64,000 bases of DNA from an uncultured bacterium (lineage in GTDB: Bacteria > Patescibacteriota > JACMRA01), in assembly GCA_963704645.1 (NCBI GenBank), contig OY969926.1:480001-544000 (forward strand), read 5' to 3'. A program made the translations under genes and the position numbers. Shown piece after piece: positions 41,485-51,556 of the stretch. The stretch's first letter is position 1. Each line of letters begins with the position of its first letter. A model generated the notes under the pieces. It was not told the origin of the DNA and did not search any database. It saw only the letters and a list, made by a program, of their open reading frames with translations.

Positions 41485-42021
41485 ATGTCACTTAAATTTC
41501 GAAAAGCTAGTTCTGAACAATTACCTATTGTTAAAGAAATGATTAAAAAGTATTGGACTGAGATTGAAGAAAAATATCCCGATCCTTCTACTTTGGAATT
41601 ATGCTTAGAAAATATTGATCACACTTTAGCATTTTATTATAAATTTTTTCAAGATGATTATGTTCTAAGTGAAGTGGATAATTTTTATTTTATTTATTTG
41701 GGCCAGGAAATTATCGGCTGTATTTCTTTAGAAAAGATTGAGGATATTTCGGAATTATATATTTGTGATTTGATGATTAAATCAGAATCTCAAGGTTTAG
41801 GATATGGTAAAATGACGCTGGACTTTGCTTTTGAAATGGCTAAAAAAAGTAGTTTAAAGCAAGTAGGTCTTTGGGTAGATAAAAAGAATATAGCTGCAAA
41901 AAACCTGTATCAAAAATCTGGCTTTGTTCTCGTTAAACCAGAGAAGCTAGACTGGATAAATGCTCAAGGTAAAGTGGTACTACAAACCGATAGTGAATAT
42001 TTAGTTAAAAAACTTACCTAA
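41485..42021 (+). CDS. GNAT acetyltransferase
   Basis: QGLGYG, NIAAKNLYQKSGF. Confidence 0.88.
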   Translation: MSLKFRKASSEQLPIVKEMIKKYWTEIEEKYPDPSTLELCLENIDHTLAFYYKFFQDDYVLSEVDNFYFIYLGQEIIGCISLEKIEDISELYICDLMIKSESQGLGYGKMTLDFAFEMAKKSSLKQVGLWVDKKNIAAKNLYQKSGFVLVKPEKLDWINAQGKVVLQTDSEYLVKKLT

Positions 42022-42114
42022 CTATTCACATTAGTTGTATTGTTAACTTAGCTAATTATATTTAGAAGCTAATATTCCATTCCTAGCCAATCAACAAGTT
42101 TATCCTAGATTAAA

Positions 42115-44676
42115 CTAATTATCTCTACTCCTAAACCAAATTAGCTTATCTGTGCCTACTGTTGTTCCATAAAGTTTGCCACCAAAAATGAAACTGTTTG
42201 GCTTAGCCAAGGTTGTAATTCCACTGTTTTCTAGCCAGCTACTCCAAGTTGTTCCGTTGGTTGAACTTCTTGTATAAAGCTTTGTATCTGTTCCACGGGT
42301 AGTTTGGAAAAGCTTACTGTTATAAACAATAACGTCGGGTGCATTTACAATATTAATTCCATTACCTTCCTGCCAAACACTCCAAACAACACCATCGGTA
42401 GAACTTCTGGTATAAAGTCTTCCGTCTGTACCAATTGTTACCTGGTAGATTTTAGATGAAAAAACTGTTGTGGTTGGTTTGGCTGAAATTGTTATGGCAT
42501 TTCCTTCCTGCCAAATACTCCAAACAACACCATCGGTAGAACTTCTTGTATAAAGTTTGTTATCTGAACCTCTGGCTGTCTGGTATAATTTTGAACTAAA
42601 AACTGCTAGGGAAGGTGTATTTTTTAATGTAATTCCAGCTCCTTCCTGCCAAACACTCCAAGTTGTACCATTTGAAGAGCTTCTGGTGTACATTCTGTTG
42701 TCCGTTCCAAATCCTGTTTGATATAATTTTGTATTAAAAACTATCATTTCTGGAGCATCTTTCAAAGTTATTCCAGCTCCTTCCTGCCAAACACTCCAAA
42801 CAATACCATCCGTAGAACTTCTAGTATAAAGTTTAGTATCCGATCCATAGGCAACTTGGTATAGTTTACCACTAAACTCAACCATTTTAGGAGTATCTTT
42901 CAAAGTTATTCCATTACCTTCCTGCCAAATTCCCCAGTTAAAAATATCTGTTGTTGAACGGGTGTATAGTTTGGTGTCATTTCCCATTATGCTTTGATAT
43001 AGTTTGTTATCTACACTAAAATTAATTTGTTCAGTTGGTTTTTCGGTAGTGGCGTTATTGCTTATTTGGTTCCAGTTTCGCCACATATTTGTTAATATCT
43101 GATCAGTTTTAGGAATGCCCCAGCCAGTGTTTACGTCGTAACCAGCACTTCCTAGATCGGTAGAATTTTCTTGAAGAATTTGCATTACATTACTAAAACT
43201 TAAACCAGGATCTAAACTTTTTAATAAGCCAATTACCGATACAAGTTGAGGAGCTGAGAAAGAAGTTCCAAACCATGTAGAGTCTGCTCCTAAAGCTTTG
43301 TTATTACATGGGTCAAAGTAATCTGGGTTTTGTGCAGCGCCGGGTGTGGGATTAAAACTTACAGCGTAAACTTTTCCACATTGTCCGTAAGCTCCTTCAG
43401 GTGAAGATGACCCTGTTCCACCACCTACAGGCATAACAAAATCTAAATAATTTCCAAAGCTTGAATAGCTAGACCTGGTAGTTGTGTTGGCAGCTGCACT
43501 AAAATTTGATGCTCCAACAGCAATTACACTATTTAAAGCAGCTGGATATATAAGTGGGTTTAATGTGTTTGGCAAGCTTGGGTCGCCAAAACAAACTCTT
43601 GTTGATACATCTCCACAATTTCCAGATGCAGCTACAGGTACAACACCCTTAGAAATAGCCCTGTTTAAAGAAGATCCTATAAGTCCGTAAACATCTTCCG
43701 AGCTTCCTAAAGAAAGGTTTATGGCTGCCACACCTTGATCTGTTGCATAATCTATTGCCTTAGAAATATAGTAAGTATTTAGGCTTTGGCCGTGTAATGC
43801 AATTGGCAATAAAGTTAAATTATAGCCTAAAGCTACACCCCCAGAAGTGTTATTTCCTGCAATAATTTGTTGTGCCACAATGCTTCCGTGCCCAACTTCA
43901 TCAAATTGGCTTCCAATACGCTTACAAAAAACTATGAAGTTGTCATTACTGTCTTGTAATGTAGTATCAAAATCACCAATATTATCGCATGTATTATCAT
44001 TTCTAGTGTAATATCTTACGCTGTTGGCAGTATCAATATTAGTATTAGCAAACTCTGGAACCTCCGTTGTGTTCGTGTTTACTCCACTGTCTATAACTGC
44101 TATTTTTGTTGAAGAAATTCCGCCGCACTGTTTGTTAACACCTGTGCTGTCACAACCAGATAAACCTAATCTAGCTTGCATAGCATCCCAAGCCGCAGGT
44201 GCGTTAACTGTACTAGGTCCAGCTTGCAAATACCATTGGTCTACAGAATTAAACTTAGGGTTTGCGGTTGGGTTGTATAGTAGTTTATACTTAAAATTAG
44301 GCTGAACAATTTCAACCGTAGGGTCTAATAAAGCAGTTTTTAAAGCAGTTTTTAAATTATCAATATTGTTAAAAGAAACTATAGAAGTTTGGGAGTTTTC
44401 AGACCTATAGCTGCTTATATTTTGCAATTGAACTTTGTTTAAATTAAGTTTTTGAATACTGTTTTGATTACTAAAACCTTCTTTATTCTTAATAATTAAA
44501 CCCAAACCAGAAAGTTTTTCTGGGTTCTGAGTCATTTTATTCGCTAAAATATTTACAGTGTCACTGCTATTGGCTAAAGTGGCTGAAACTTGGTTGGATT
44601 GGGCACTAACACTGCTTGTAAACAGTAGTGAGACTGCTAGTGATAGAGTAAAAAACAATTTAATGTTGGAATTCAT
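42115..44676 (-). CDS. Secreted S8 subtilase with a C-terminal Trp-repeat propeller
   Basis: IAVIDSG, GHG, AASGN, GTSFSAP; about 7 repeats of 46 aa (138-nt period). Confidence 0.9.
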   Translation of the reverse strand: MNSNIKLFFTLSLAVSLLFTSSVSAQSNQVSATLANSSDTVNILANKMTQNPEKLSGLGLIIKNKEGFSNQNSIQKLNLNKVQLQNISSYRSENSQTSIVSFNNIDNLKTALKTALLDPTVEIVQPNFKYKLLYNPTANPKFNSVDQWYLQAGPSTVNAPAAWDAMQARLGLSGCDSTGVNKQCGGISSTKIAVIDSGVNTNTTEVPEFANTNIDTANSVRYYTRNDNTCDNIGDFDTTLQDSNDNFIVFCKRIGSQFDEVGHGSIVAQQIIAGNNTSGGVALGYNLTLLPIALHGQSLNTYYISKAIDYATDQGVAAINLSLGSSEDVYGLIGSSLNRAISKGVVPVAASGNCGDVSTRVCFGDPSLPNTLNPLIYPAALNSVIAVGASNFSAAANTTTRSSYSSFGNYLDFVMPVGGGTGSSSPEGAYGQCGKVYAVSFNPTPGAAQNPDYFDPCNNKALGADSTWFGTSFSAPQLVSVIGLLKSLDPGLSFSNVMQILQENSTDLGSAGYDVNTGWGIPKTDQILTNMWRNWNQISNNATTEKPTEQINFSVDNKLYQSIMGNDTKLYTRSTTDIFNWGIWQEGNGITLKDTPKMVEFSGKLYQVAYGSDTKLYTRSSTDGIVWSVWQEGAGITLKDAPEMIVFNTKLYQTGFGTDNRMYTRSSSNGTTWSVWQEGAGITLKNTPSLAVFSSKLYQTARGSDNKLYTRSSTDGVVWSIWQEGNAITISAKPTTTVFSSKIYQVTIGTDGRLYTRSSTDGVVWSVWQEGNGINIVNAPDVIVYNSKLFQTTRGTDTKLYTRSSTNGTTWSSWLENSGITTLAKPNSFIFGGKLYGTTVGTDKLIWFRSRDN

Positions 44677-45008
44677 AATTGAATTTATAGTACAATAAGC
44701 CACTGGTCATGTCAATTTGAAAATTCAATACCAGATATCAACAATTATTTTAACTTGTTAGTTATTATGACAACCAGGAATAGGGGGTGGCCACTCCAAC
44801 ACGCACATATTACTTTGGGAAATAATAATTGCGATCATAATAAGTTTTCTAAACTATTATCCATAATTAAAACTAGCCTTTCATTAATTTGGAAGGTTTT
44901 TCATTTGTATCAGATAAGCGACTATAAAGTCATCTTTAGAACATCAAACTACTTCATCAAATAGATACTTTTGGGCTGGTGCGTGTTGCTATGGTATAAT
45001 TACAATTT

Positions 45009-45692
45009 TTAACCCAACAAAACACTAGCGGGCTGAACAACTTGACCGTCAATTTTATAACCCAAACCTGCAATTTTAGAAACTTTTGGATTTTCTTCAG
45101 AATCTGGGGCTACGTCTAAGGCTGACATAGTTTCAGGATTGAAATCATCTTGGGGTTTTGGTGAAATAATTTCTATGCCAGCTAAGTTTAAATCGTTAAT
45201 TACTTTTCCGAAGCTATTTTCTAAAGTAGCAATAAAACTTTTAATTTTAATATCATCAGATTGAGGGGCGAAAGAAAAAGCCAAGTTTAAAGTGTTTAAA
45301 AATACAATTAAATGTGAAGCCACAGTTTTCTTTCCAGATTTTTTTGCTCCTGCTAAATCAAGCTCTTGCTGCTTTTGCAAATTAGCAATTTCAGCCGAAA
45401 GCCTGGCTGTTCTTTGCTGCCAATCTTTTACTTCGGCTTTTAAGCTCTGAATTTTTACTTCTGTTTCAATTTCCTGAAAATTGCTAGAATCATTTTCTCC
45501 ATTACTGGAATTGCTACTTTCACTAGAAGTGTCCTGAGTACTAATTTCTTCATTTTGATTTAAATTTTCTTGAGAAATGGAACTAATATTTTCATTTGAA
45601 TCTTCATTCTGATCTAAATTAGAATTCAAGTTACTTTTTCCAGCTTTTCCACTGCGTTTCTTTAAAGAATCTAGTTTATCACTTTGGGACAT
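45009..45692 (-). CDS. grpE: Nucleotide exchange factor GrpE
   Basis: Acidic N-terminus, RLSAEIAN, FNPETMSA, GYKIDGQVVQPASV. Confidence 0.88.
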   Translation of the reverse strand: MSQSDKLDSLKKRSGKAGKSNLNSNLDQNEDSNENISSISQENLNQNEEISTQDTSSESSNSSNGENDSSNFQEIETEVKIQSLKAEVKDWQQRTARLSAEIANLQKQQELDLAGAKKSGKKTVASHLIVFLNTLNLAFSFAPQSDDIKIKSFIATLENSFGKVINDLNLAGIEIISPKPQDDFNPETMSALDVAPDSEENPKVSKIAGLGYKIDGQVVQPASVLLG

Positions 45693-45779
45693 ACATTAAT
45701 TTTATAAGAATATTCCTTTTTGGTGTCAATTTTAAAATGTTTTTAGTTTTTGTTTTAATACTTTTAAAAAGTAAATTGT

Positions 45780-45854
45780 TGGAGCGGGATAGGGGAATCG
45801 AACCCCTCTCATCAGCTTGGAAAGCTGAGGTAATAACCACTATACAAATCCCGC
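45780..45854 (-). tRNA. tRNA-Gly(TCC)
   Basis: Anticodon arm TCAGC-TTTCCAA-GCTGA; T73; CCA. Confidence 0.97.
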
Positions 45855-45970
45855 CCAGGTGTACCACTTCATTACTAGTCACTCGTGAACTTTATCCTGT
45901 GGTTAGGCCAATGATAAGATTTCGCGTGGTTAGACTAGCCAATCTGGAAGAAAGCTAGATGCGGTCCTGG
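45855..45970 (-). ncRNA. Candidate structured RNA of unknown class
   Basis: Nested stems CCAGG/CCTGG, ACCGC/GTGGT, CTAGTC/GACTAG, TTATC/GATAA; strand inferred from promoter. Confidence 0.5.
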
Positions 45971-45989
45971 AGCCGATTTATGAAATTTA

Positions 45990-46018
45990 ATTTTAATTAT
46001 TACTAATTAATTTAGCAA
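45990..46018 (-). promoter_or_regulatory. Putative sigma70 promoter for the candidate RNA and tRNA-Gly
   Basis: TTGCTA-N17-TAAAAT. Confidence 0.5.
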
Positions 46019-46078
46019 TCATAAGGTAGCTACATTTCATACATATTCTGTAAGCTTATAGAAAAACTGGTTGTTTTA

Positions 46079-46164
46079 TGGTCCGGAGTCAAAGATTTGA
46101 ACTTTGGTAGGGAAAACCCGACAGATTTACAGTCTGCTGCCATTGACCGCTCGGCCAACTCCGG
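46079..46164 (-). tRNA. tRNA-Tyr(GTA) with C1:G72
   Basis: Acceptor CCGGAGT/ACTCCGG; anticodon loop CTGTAAA; variable arm; A73; CCA. Confidence 0.96.
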
Positions 46165-46286
46165 TTAGAACCAGCTAATCCATAAGATCATATAATGCTA
46201 AAAATTTTAATTGTTTGTCAAGGGTAAGGTAAGTGCTTTAAATTTTCCAAAATACAATTTGTTAGTTATAATGAAGTAAAAATAAG

Positions 46287-46991
46287 ATGTCTCTGCAAAT
46301 TTTACAAGTTAAACCTCCAACAGCCGAAGCGCTAAGAATTGCTGCAGAAAAAAAGTCGCAAACCTCGCAAAACGAAAATACCCAAGCAGAGCGTGTTAAG
46401 GAGATCAAGGAAGTTCTAAGTTCATATATCAGACTTTCTGAATATTTAGATGGAGTGTTTGATTCAAAAATGCCAACCACTAATGAAGACAAATATTCAT
46501 TTCTAAAAAACATTTTATCCTCAAGTATGTTTTTTGATTCAAAATTTAAAAAATATCAGCTTAATCACAAAGGACTTATTTTAGATGCTTTTGAAAACAA
46601 TAGTATCTTTTCTAAAGAGGAAATTAAGGAAGTTTTTGTTCTACTTGATGAAATGATTATATCTCAAAAGGAGCTCGGCTATACAGCCGAATTAAAAAGA
46701 AAGTTGCTAGACATGCCTAATCCTACACTAAGTTTTACGCAGCATATACTTTTAGGAATTTTATTTGTTGGATCTATAGACGCAGGAACTAGAAATGAAC
46801 ACCAATTCAATGATAGAACAGCATTAATTGAATCGAACGGTAGAAATTTTAGATTTGGAAGCCAACATATCACTGGACACAACCAGCCTGGTGAAAACGG
46901 TGTAAAGCAACCACACACACATCTAGAATTTTATGTGGATAGAGGTAATGAGAAGAAAGAATCTTTTTCCTTGCACGTTTTAATAAAATAG
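46287..46991 (+). CDS. Hypothetical protein with a His-rich toxin-like C-terminus
   Basis: HITGH...PHTHLE...H. Confidence 0.55.
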   Translation: MSLQILQVKPPTAEALRIAAEKKSQTSQNENTQAERVKEIKEVLSSYIRLSEYLDGVFDSKMPTTNEDKYSFLKNILSSSMFFDSKFKKYQLNHKGLILDAFENNSIFSKEEIKEVFVLLDEMIISQKELGYTAELKRKLLDMPNPTLSFTQHILLGILFVGSIDAGTRNEHQFNDRTALIESNGRNFRFGSQHITGHNQPGENGVKQPHTHLEFYVDRGNEKKESFSLHVLIK

Positions 46992-47027
46992 GTATTGGTA
47001 TTAAAGGAACTAAAATAAAGTGTTAAT

Positions 47028-47279
47028 ATGACAGAACAACAGAATAATTTGATGAGGTTAATTACAGTCAACTTAGATCTTGATATTAAGGTAATTAAGC
47101 TCGATTCAAATATTAGTAAGATATTTGTTAAGTCGGGACTAGAAGAGCAAGTTTTGGTTGTTTATTATAAAAATGCTGATATTAAGGAAATGTTTTGCAG
47201 CAATATTTTATCAGTCTGTAATGATATAATTGATGTCTTAAATTTAAGTGCATCAGATTTAAAAGTTGAACTTGAATAA
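47028..47279 (+). CDS. Small hypothetical protein (possible immunity partner)
   Basis: ORF directly downstream of 46287. Confidence 0.5.
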   Translation: MTEQQNNLMRLITVNLDLDIKVIKLDSNISKIFVKSGLEEQVLVVYYKNADIKEMFCSNILSVCNDIIDVLNLSASDLKVELE

Positions 47280-47302
47280 ACATTTTCGCAAAAACTAAAA
47301 AT

Positions 47303-47829
47303 GCCCATTTCCAGGTTAGGATTGGGCATTATTTTTTTTGGTCAGTTTATTGTAAAAGAACAATTTTAAACCTTACTTTTTCAATATATTCTGTTGTGGT
47401 AAACTGTAGAATATAAGTTTCATCTTGTGAAATTACACAAAGCGGATAATCCACTATAATAGTAAACTCAATATCATCCCAGGCACTTATATTTGTTAGC
47501 TCTAAATAATATACAAAGGTGTTTGAAATGTTATCTTTTCTAAAATAAATTTTTACTCCAAAGTGTGTTATAATTTCGTCTTCCAGTTCAATTTCGTAAA
47601 CTTGGCTTACACAACTTGCACTGCTTAATTGATCCAACTTTAACTCATAATTTATTAAACCACTTAAAACAACAAAACTGTAAATAAAACATTCAGCAAC
47701 GTTTAGCAAACCTAAGTCGCCCATTTTGTAAACCTGTAACAACTAATTTTGAAATAAAATGTTTTAAATTATTTGGTCAAAATATTTTTGAAATTAAAAA
47801 AGCCCAGTTCCAGGTTAGGATTGGGCATT
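47303..47829. repeat. Duplicated 28-bp terminator-like hairpin (47303-47330, 47802-47829)
   Basis: GCCCA(T/G)TTCCAGGTTAGGATTGGGCATT flanked by A and T tracts. Confidence 0.8.
47347..47742 (-). CDS. Hypothetical protein
   Basis: ORF followed by the hairpin. Confidence 0.5.
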   Translation of the reverse strand: MLQVYKMGDLGLLNVAECFIYSFVVLSGLINYELKLDQLSSASCVSQVYEIELEDEIITHFGVKIYFRKDNISNTFVYYLELTNISAWDDIEFTIIVDYPLCVISQDETYILQFTTTEYIEKVRFKIVLLQ

Positions 47830-47846
47830 TATTTATTTATTTATTT

Positions 47847-48140
47847 TTAAATATTTTCCACTGATAATAATGCTATTGCTATATATTCTTTGGAGTATCC
47901 ATTGAATTTCTCTTGCACAATAGTATAACCTAATATTTTAAATGTGATATTGTAAGTTCCAAAAATTTTACCAAATCTATACCCTATAAGAGCATCGCAA
48001 AAGAAAACAGTTTGGTTTTTTGGAAGATTAAGCACATGTTCTGTAAATAAGGAAGGCTCGAAGCTGCCGTAATAGCTATGAGTTTCCGATGTGTATGCCA
48101 GCAAGGCCTTGGCACTATATACTTTATCTGTATCAAACAT
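47847..48140 (-). CDS. Hypothetical protein
   Basis: ORF followed by the same hairpin. Confidence 0.55.
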   Translation of the reverse strand: MFDTDKVYSAKALLAYTSETHSYYGSFEPSLFTEHVLNLPKNQTVFFCDALIGYRFGKIFGTYNITFKILGYTIVQEKFNGYSKEYIAIALLSVENI

Positions 48141-48270
48141 TAATTTATTCTACTGATGAAGACTATTTACTATTAGCACACTTTTAAACTTATTTCAAGT
48201 ACAGTTACCAAGTCATCCAGCAGCCTTGACATTTCTTCCCTTCACATCAAGCATTATTAAACAATATACT

Positions 48271-48909
48271 ATGTCTAACCCAAATTTAAACCACCCAGTT
48301 ATTAAAGGTATTCGCTACCAAAGAACTTTTTGTATGATTAAACCAGATGGTGTAGCCAGAGGTTTAGTTGGAGAAATTATTAGAAGAATTGAAAATGCTG
48401 GATTGAAAGTTGTAGCCATGAAAATGCAAACACCTTCTGAAGAATTGGTAAAGAAGCATGTTCCTTTTGAAAACGCAGCTTGGGTTTCAAGATTAGGTGA
48501 CAAAAGTTTTAGCGGTTTTGAACCATTAAACCTAAACCCAGTAGAATTTTTGGGAACAGATGATAAGGCAGTAATTGGTAAAAATGTAGCCGATAACTTG
48601 GTTAAGTTCCTTTGTTCCGGCCCTGTAGTAGCTATGGTTGTTGAAGGTGTTCAAGCTATAGATATGATTAGAAAGTTAGCAGGACACACACTTCCTTTCA
48701 AAGCCGAAATGGGAACAATTAGAGGAGACTTTTCAGTAGATTCTCCTTCCATTGCCAACGTAGAAGGTAGAGCAATTCATAACTTATTCCACGCCAGTGA
48801 AACATTAGAAGAAGCAACAAACGAAATTGGCCTATGGTTCCCAGAAGCATCTGACCAACAAAGCTATTCCAGAACTGACGAAGACACAATGTACAGCAAG
48901 AATTATTAA
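48271..48909 (+). CDS. ndk: Nucleoside diphosphate kinase
   Basis: RTFCMIKPDGV, SGPVVAMV, GTIRGDF, NLFHAS. Confidence 0.96.
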   Translation: MSNPNLNHPVIKGIRYQRTFCMIKPDGVARGLVGEIIRRIENAGLKVVAMKMQTPSEELVKKHVPFENAAWVSRLGDKSFSGFEPLNLNPVEFLGTDDKAVIGKNVADNLVKFLCSGPVVAMVVEGVQAIDMIRKLAGHTLPFKAEMGTIRGDFSVDSPSIANVEGRAIHNLFHASETLEEATNEIGLWFPEASDQQSYSRTDEDTMYSKNY

Positions 48910-49100
48910 GAATGTAGGGGAAGAATTTATCCTCCCAGCTTAATAAAACATAGAAGGGGGGGTTATCCCTCCTTTTTTGTTGCATAATTTATTCCTCAAA
49001 TTAAATTGTTTGTATTATTTATAACATGTGATGGCGACACAGTGGTGGTCGCTACGGATTACCAATTGACATTATCTTACTTAAATAATAATCTTACTAT

Positions 49101-49358
49101 ATGTCATATACTACTACTGTTTCCAGTAAGGGGCAAGTTGTTATTCCTGAAGAAATAAGGAAGATATTGTCTATTAAACCCGGTTTAAAATTTAATTTAA
49201 CTATTCAAGATGGTAAAATTGTTATGGAGATAGATGATTATGAATTAAAAATGAAAAATTTTAGAGATAAAATAAAGAAACACATGGAAGATAATAATAT
49301 TGGCCCTGTGTCTAATGCGGATATAAAAAAAGCTAGAGAAGATACATGGTCAACGTAA
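49101..49358 (+). CDS. AbrB/MazE-family antitoxin
   Basis: VSSKGQVVIPEEIRK. Confidence 0.9.
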   Translation: MSYTTTVSSKGQVVIPEEIRKILSIKPGLKFNLTIQDGKIVMEIDDYELKMKNFRDKIKKHMEDNNIGPVSNADIKKAREDTWST

Positions 49359-49765
49359 TTGAAGGCTTACCGTTTTGTAGCATAGATACAAATGTATTGT
49401 TAAGATTTATTATTGGAGATGTTCCGAAGCATTTTGAACTAGTTAACAAAATATTAGAAAACCCCAATTTAAGAAAAATTTATATAAATGATCTTGCTAT
49501 TGTAGAAATGGTTTGGGTGATGGAGAAAGTTTATAAAATTGATCGTTACACTATTGTTACTGGTGTGGAGAATATACTCTCATATCCAAAATTTATAGTA
49601 AATAGAATTCTTTTTAAGGATATTGCTCCACTGTACTTATGTAACTCAAAGTTATCGTTTGCCGATTGTTACTTGGCTATAAGTGCTGAAAACCATACTA
49701 CAAGTTTACTTACTTTTGATAAAGATTTAGCTAAAAATGTTGAATCTGCTGTGCTTGTTGGGTAG
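49346..49765 (+). CDS. PIN-domain (VapC) toxin
   Basis: IDTNVLLR, SFADC, LTFDK. Confidence 0.9.
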   Translation: MVNVIEGLPFCSIDTNVLLRFIIGDVPKHFELVNKILENPNLRKIYINDLAIVEMVWVMEKVYKIDRYTIVTGVENILSYPKFIVNRILFKDIAPLYLCNSKLSFADCYLAISAENHTTSLLTFDKDLAKNVESAVLVG

Positions 49766-49826
49766 GGGGAAGGAAGTGTTAAAACCCTTGACAAAAGCCT
49801 ATTTTTGGGGAATAAAGGGTGTATAG

Positions 49827-50168
49827 TTGCGTGTTAAATTATTGTTTTTAGGAGTTATGATTATGATATTTGCGTATCTAACGTTGATTTTTACGATTTT
49901 TGTATTAATGGAGTCGCTATTATATAGCCATTGGGTTAAGATTACGACTGGTACAAATCGAATTTTAAAATTTAATTTGCAGTCTATATTTTATGAAGCT
50001 ACTTTTATTTTTAAAAGATATTCAGAACTAAACTTTGGTTTTATAAGACTTTTTCAAGTTCGCAAACATTACCATTATTATTGTAATCGCCCAAGGCCAA
50101 TTAATACGTCTGCTGATTGTCTATTGTACATGCCTCAGATTAACTTTGATTTGGCAGAAAGGTGTTGA
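49827..50168 (+). CDS. Possible hypothetical protein
   Basis: ORF only; start uncertain. Confidence 0.35.
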   Translation: MRVKLLFLGVMIMIFAYLTLIFTIFVLMESLLYSHWVKITTGTNRILKFNLQSIFYEATFIFKRYSELNFGFIRLFQVRKHYHYYCNRPRPINTSADCLLYMPQINFDLAERC

Positions 50169-50335
50169 TAAAAACTACATGATTTCAAAATGCCCCCAAG
50201 GTTGTCCAAGGGTGGTATTTTTTGTCTTAAAATTGTTTTTCGAATCAAGGCATTTGTTTTATTTACAAAGTGCAATGGCGAGATGGGCTCGCCGCTACTG
50301 TTGCCAAAATGCATCTCGCTAATTACAACTAAATT

Positions 50336-51349
50336 ATGAACTCGGAACTTCTTCCTAAGGCTGTTAAAAATATTCAAGATATCCTAAATTTATCTATAGA
50401 GTTTGATTCAACAAAAAACCAAGCTTTAGTAATTTATGACAATCAAGATGAATTAACTAAATTACTAACAAGTGCCTATAGGCAGGTTTTACCAGAGGCA
50501 AAGTTTGTGAATTTTGATGATGTTTCAAAAGAAGAAATTATTGCAGAATTTGATAATCTTTCGCCTAAAGATTTGGTTGTTTTGGTTCAATCAGCCAGTT
50601 TTAGGCTTGATGATTTTAGAATTAGAATATATTTATTCCAACAGAAATTAAAAACTATAGAGCATGTTCATCTTTATCGTAATAATAAAGACGTATGGGA
50701 TGTTTACATCAACTCTCTTGCTTATGATCAAAATTATTACAGAAGCCATGGCCTAGGTTTGCAAAAAAAATTATCAAAGAGCTCAGTTTTAAAAATAAAG
50801 TCTGGCGAAACTGAACTGGTTGTTAGCGGAAATTTAGAAATGCCGAAACTAAACATTGGCGATTATTCTGAAATGGATAATGTGGGTGGAACTTTTCCTA
50901 TTGGTGAAGTTTTTACAGAAGCTGTAGATTTAGAAAATATGAATGGCAGTTTTATGGTTTACGCTTTTGCAAATCAGAAGTTTGAAATTATTACACCAGA
51001 AAAATTTAGAGTAGATATTACTAAAGGTTTAGTAACTGGCTGGTCTGATAATGCTCCGAAAGAATTTCTATCTGTTCTTGAGGCTATAAAAGAATTAGAA
51101 AGACCTGTAATTAGAGAAATTGGTTTTGGTTTGAACAGGGCAATTTCTAAAACCAGAATTATTGGAGATATAACCGCTTTTGAAAGAATTGTTGGTGTCC
51201 ATTTATCTTTGGGTGAAAAGCATACAGTATACAAAAAACAAGGAATACAAGCCCATAAAGCTAGATTTCATGTAGATTTCTTTTTACAGGTAGAAAAAGT
51301 TGAGGTTGACGATGAAATAATTTTTGATGGAGAAAAGTATTTTGTTTAG
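50336..51349 (+). CDS. M29-like aminopeptidase
   Basis: FPIGEVF, EIGFGLN, VHLSLG, HVDF. Confidence 0.75.
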   Translation: MNSELLPKAVKNIQDILNLSIEFDSTKNQALVIYDNQDELTKLLTSAYRQVLPEAKFVNFDDVSKEEIIAEFDNLSPKDLVVLVQSASFRLDDFRIRIYLFQQKLKTIEHVHLYRNNKDVWDVYINSLAYDQNYYRSHGLGLQKKLSKSSVLKIKSGETELVVSGNLEMPKLNIGDYSEMDNVGGTFPIGEVFTEAVDLENMNGSFMVYAFANQKFEIITPEKFRVDITKGLVTGWSDNAPKEFLSVLEAIKELERPVIREIGFGLNRAISKTRIIGDITAFERIVGVHLSLGEKHTVYKKQGIQAHKARFHVDFFLQVEKVEVDDEIIFDGEKYFV

Positions 51350-51556
51350 AAAATTCCAGCTAATCGTAGCTCATGATAGTTTTGTAAAAGAGTATGCTTA
51401 TTGTGCAATTGTCAGTAAACATTCACTCCTAAAATTAATCTAGTAAGAAGTCTAAGAGGCTAGTTTATAGAAAAGCTTCTAACACTACGGATAAAGTACA
51501 TTTTACTGTTTGGGCTATATCGGCTTAAATTAGTAAAAGCTTTAATAACAAATCTA

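Noticed and set aside
44755-44964. 69-aa ORF (also 50135..50377, 57864..58130)
   Set aside because: No motifs or expression signals; two overlap REPs or real genes.
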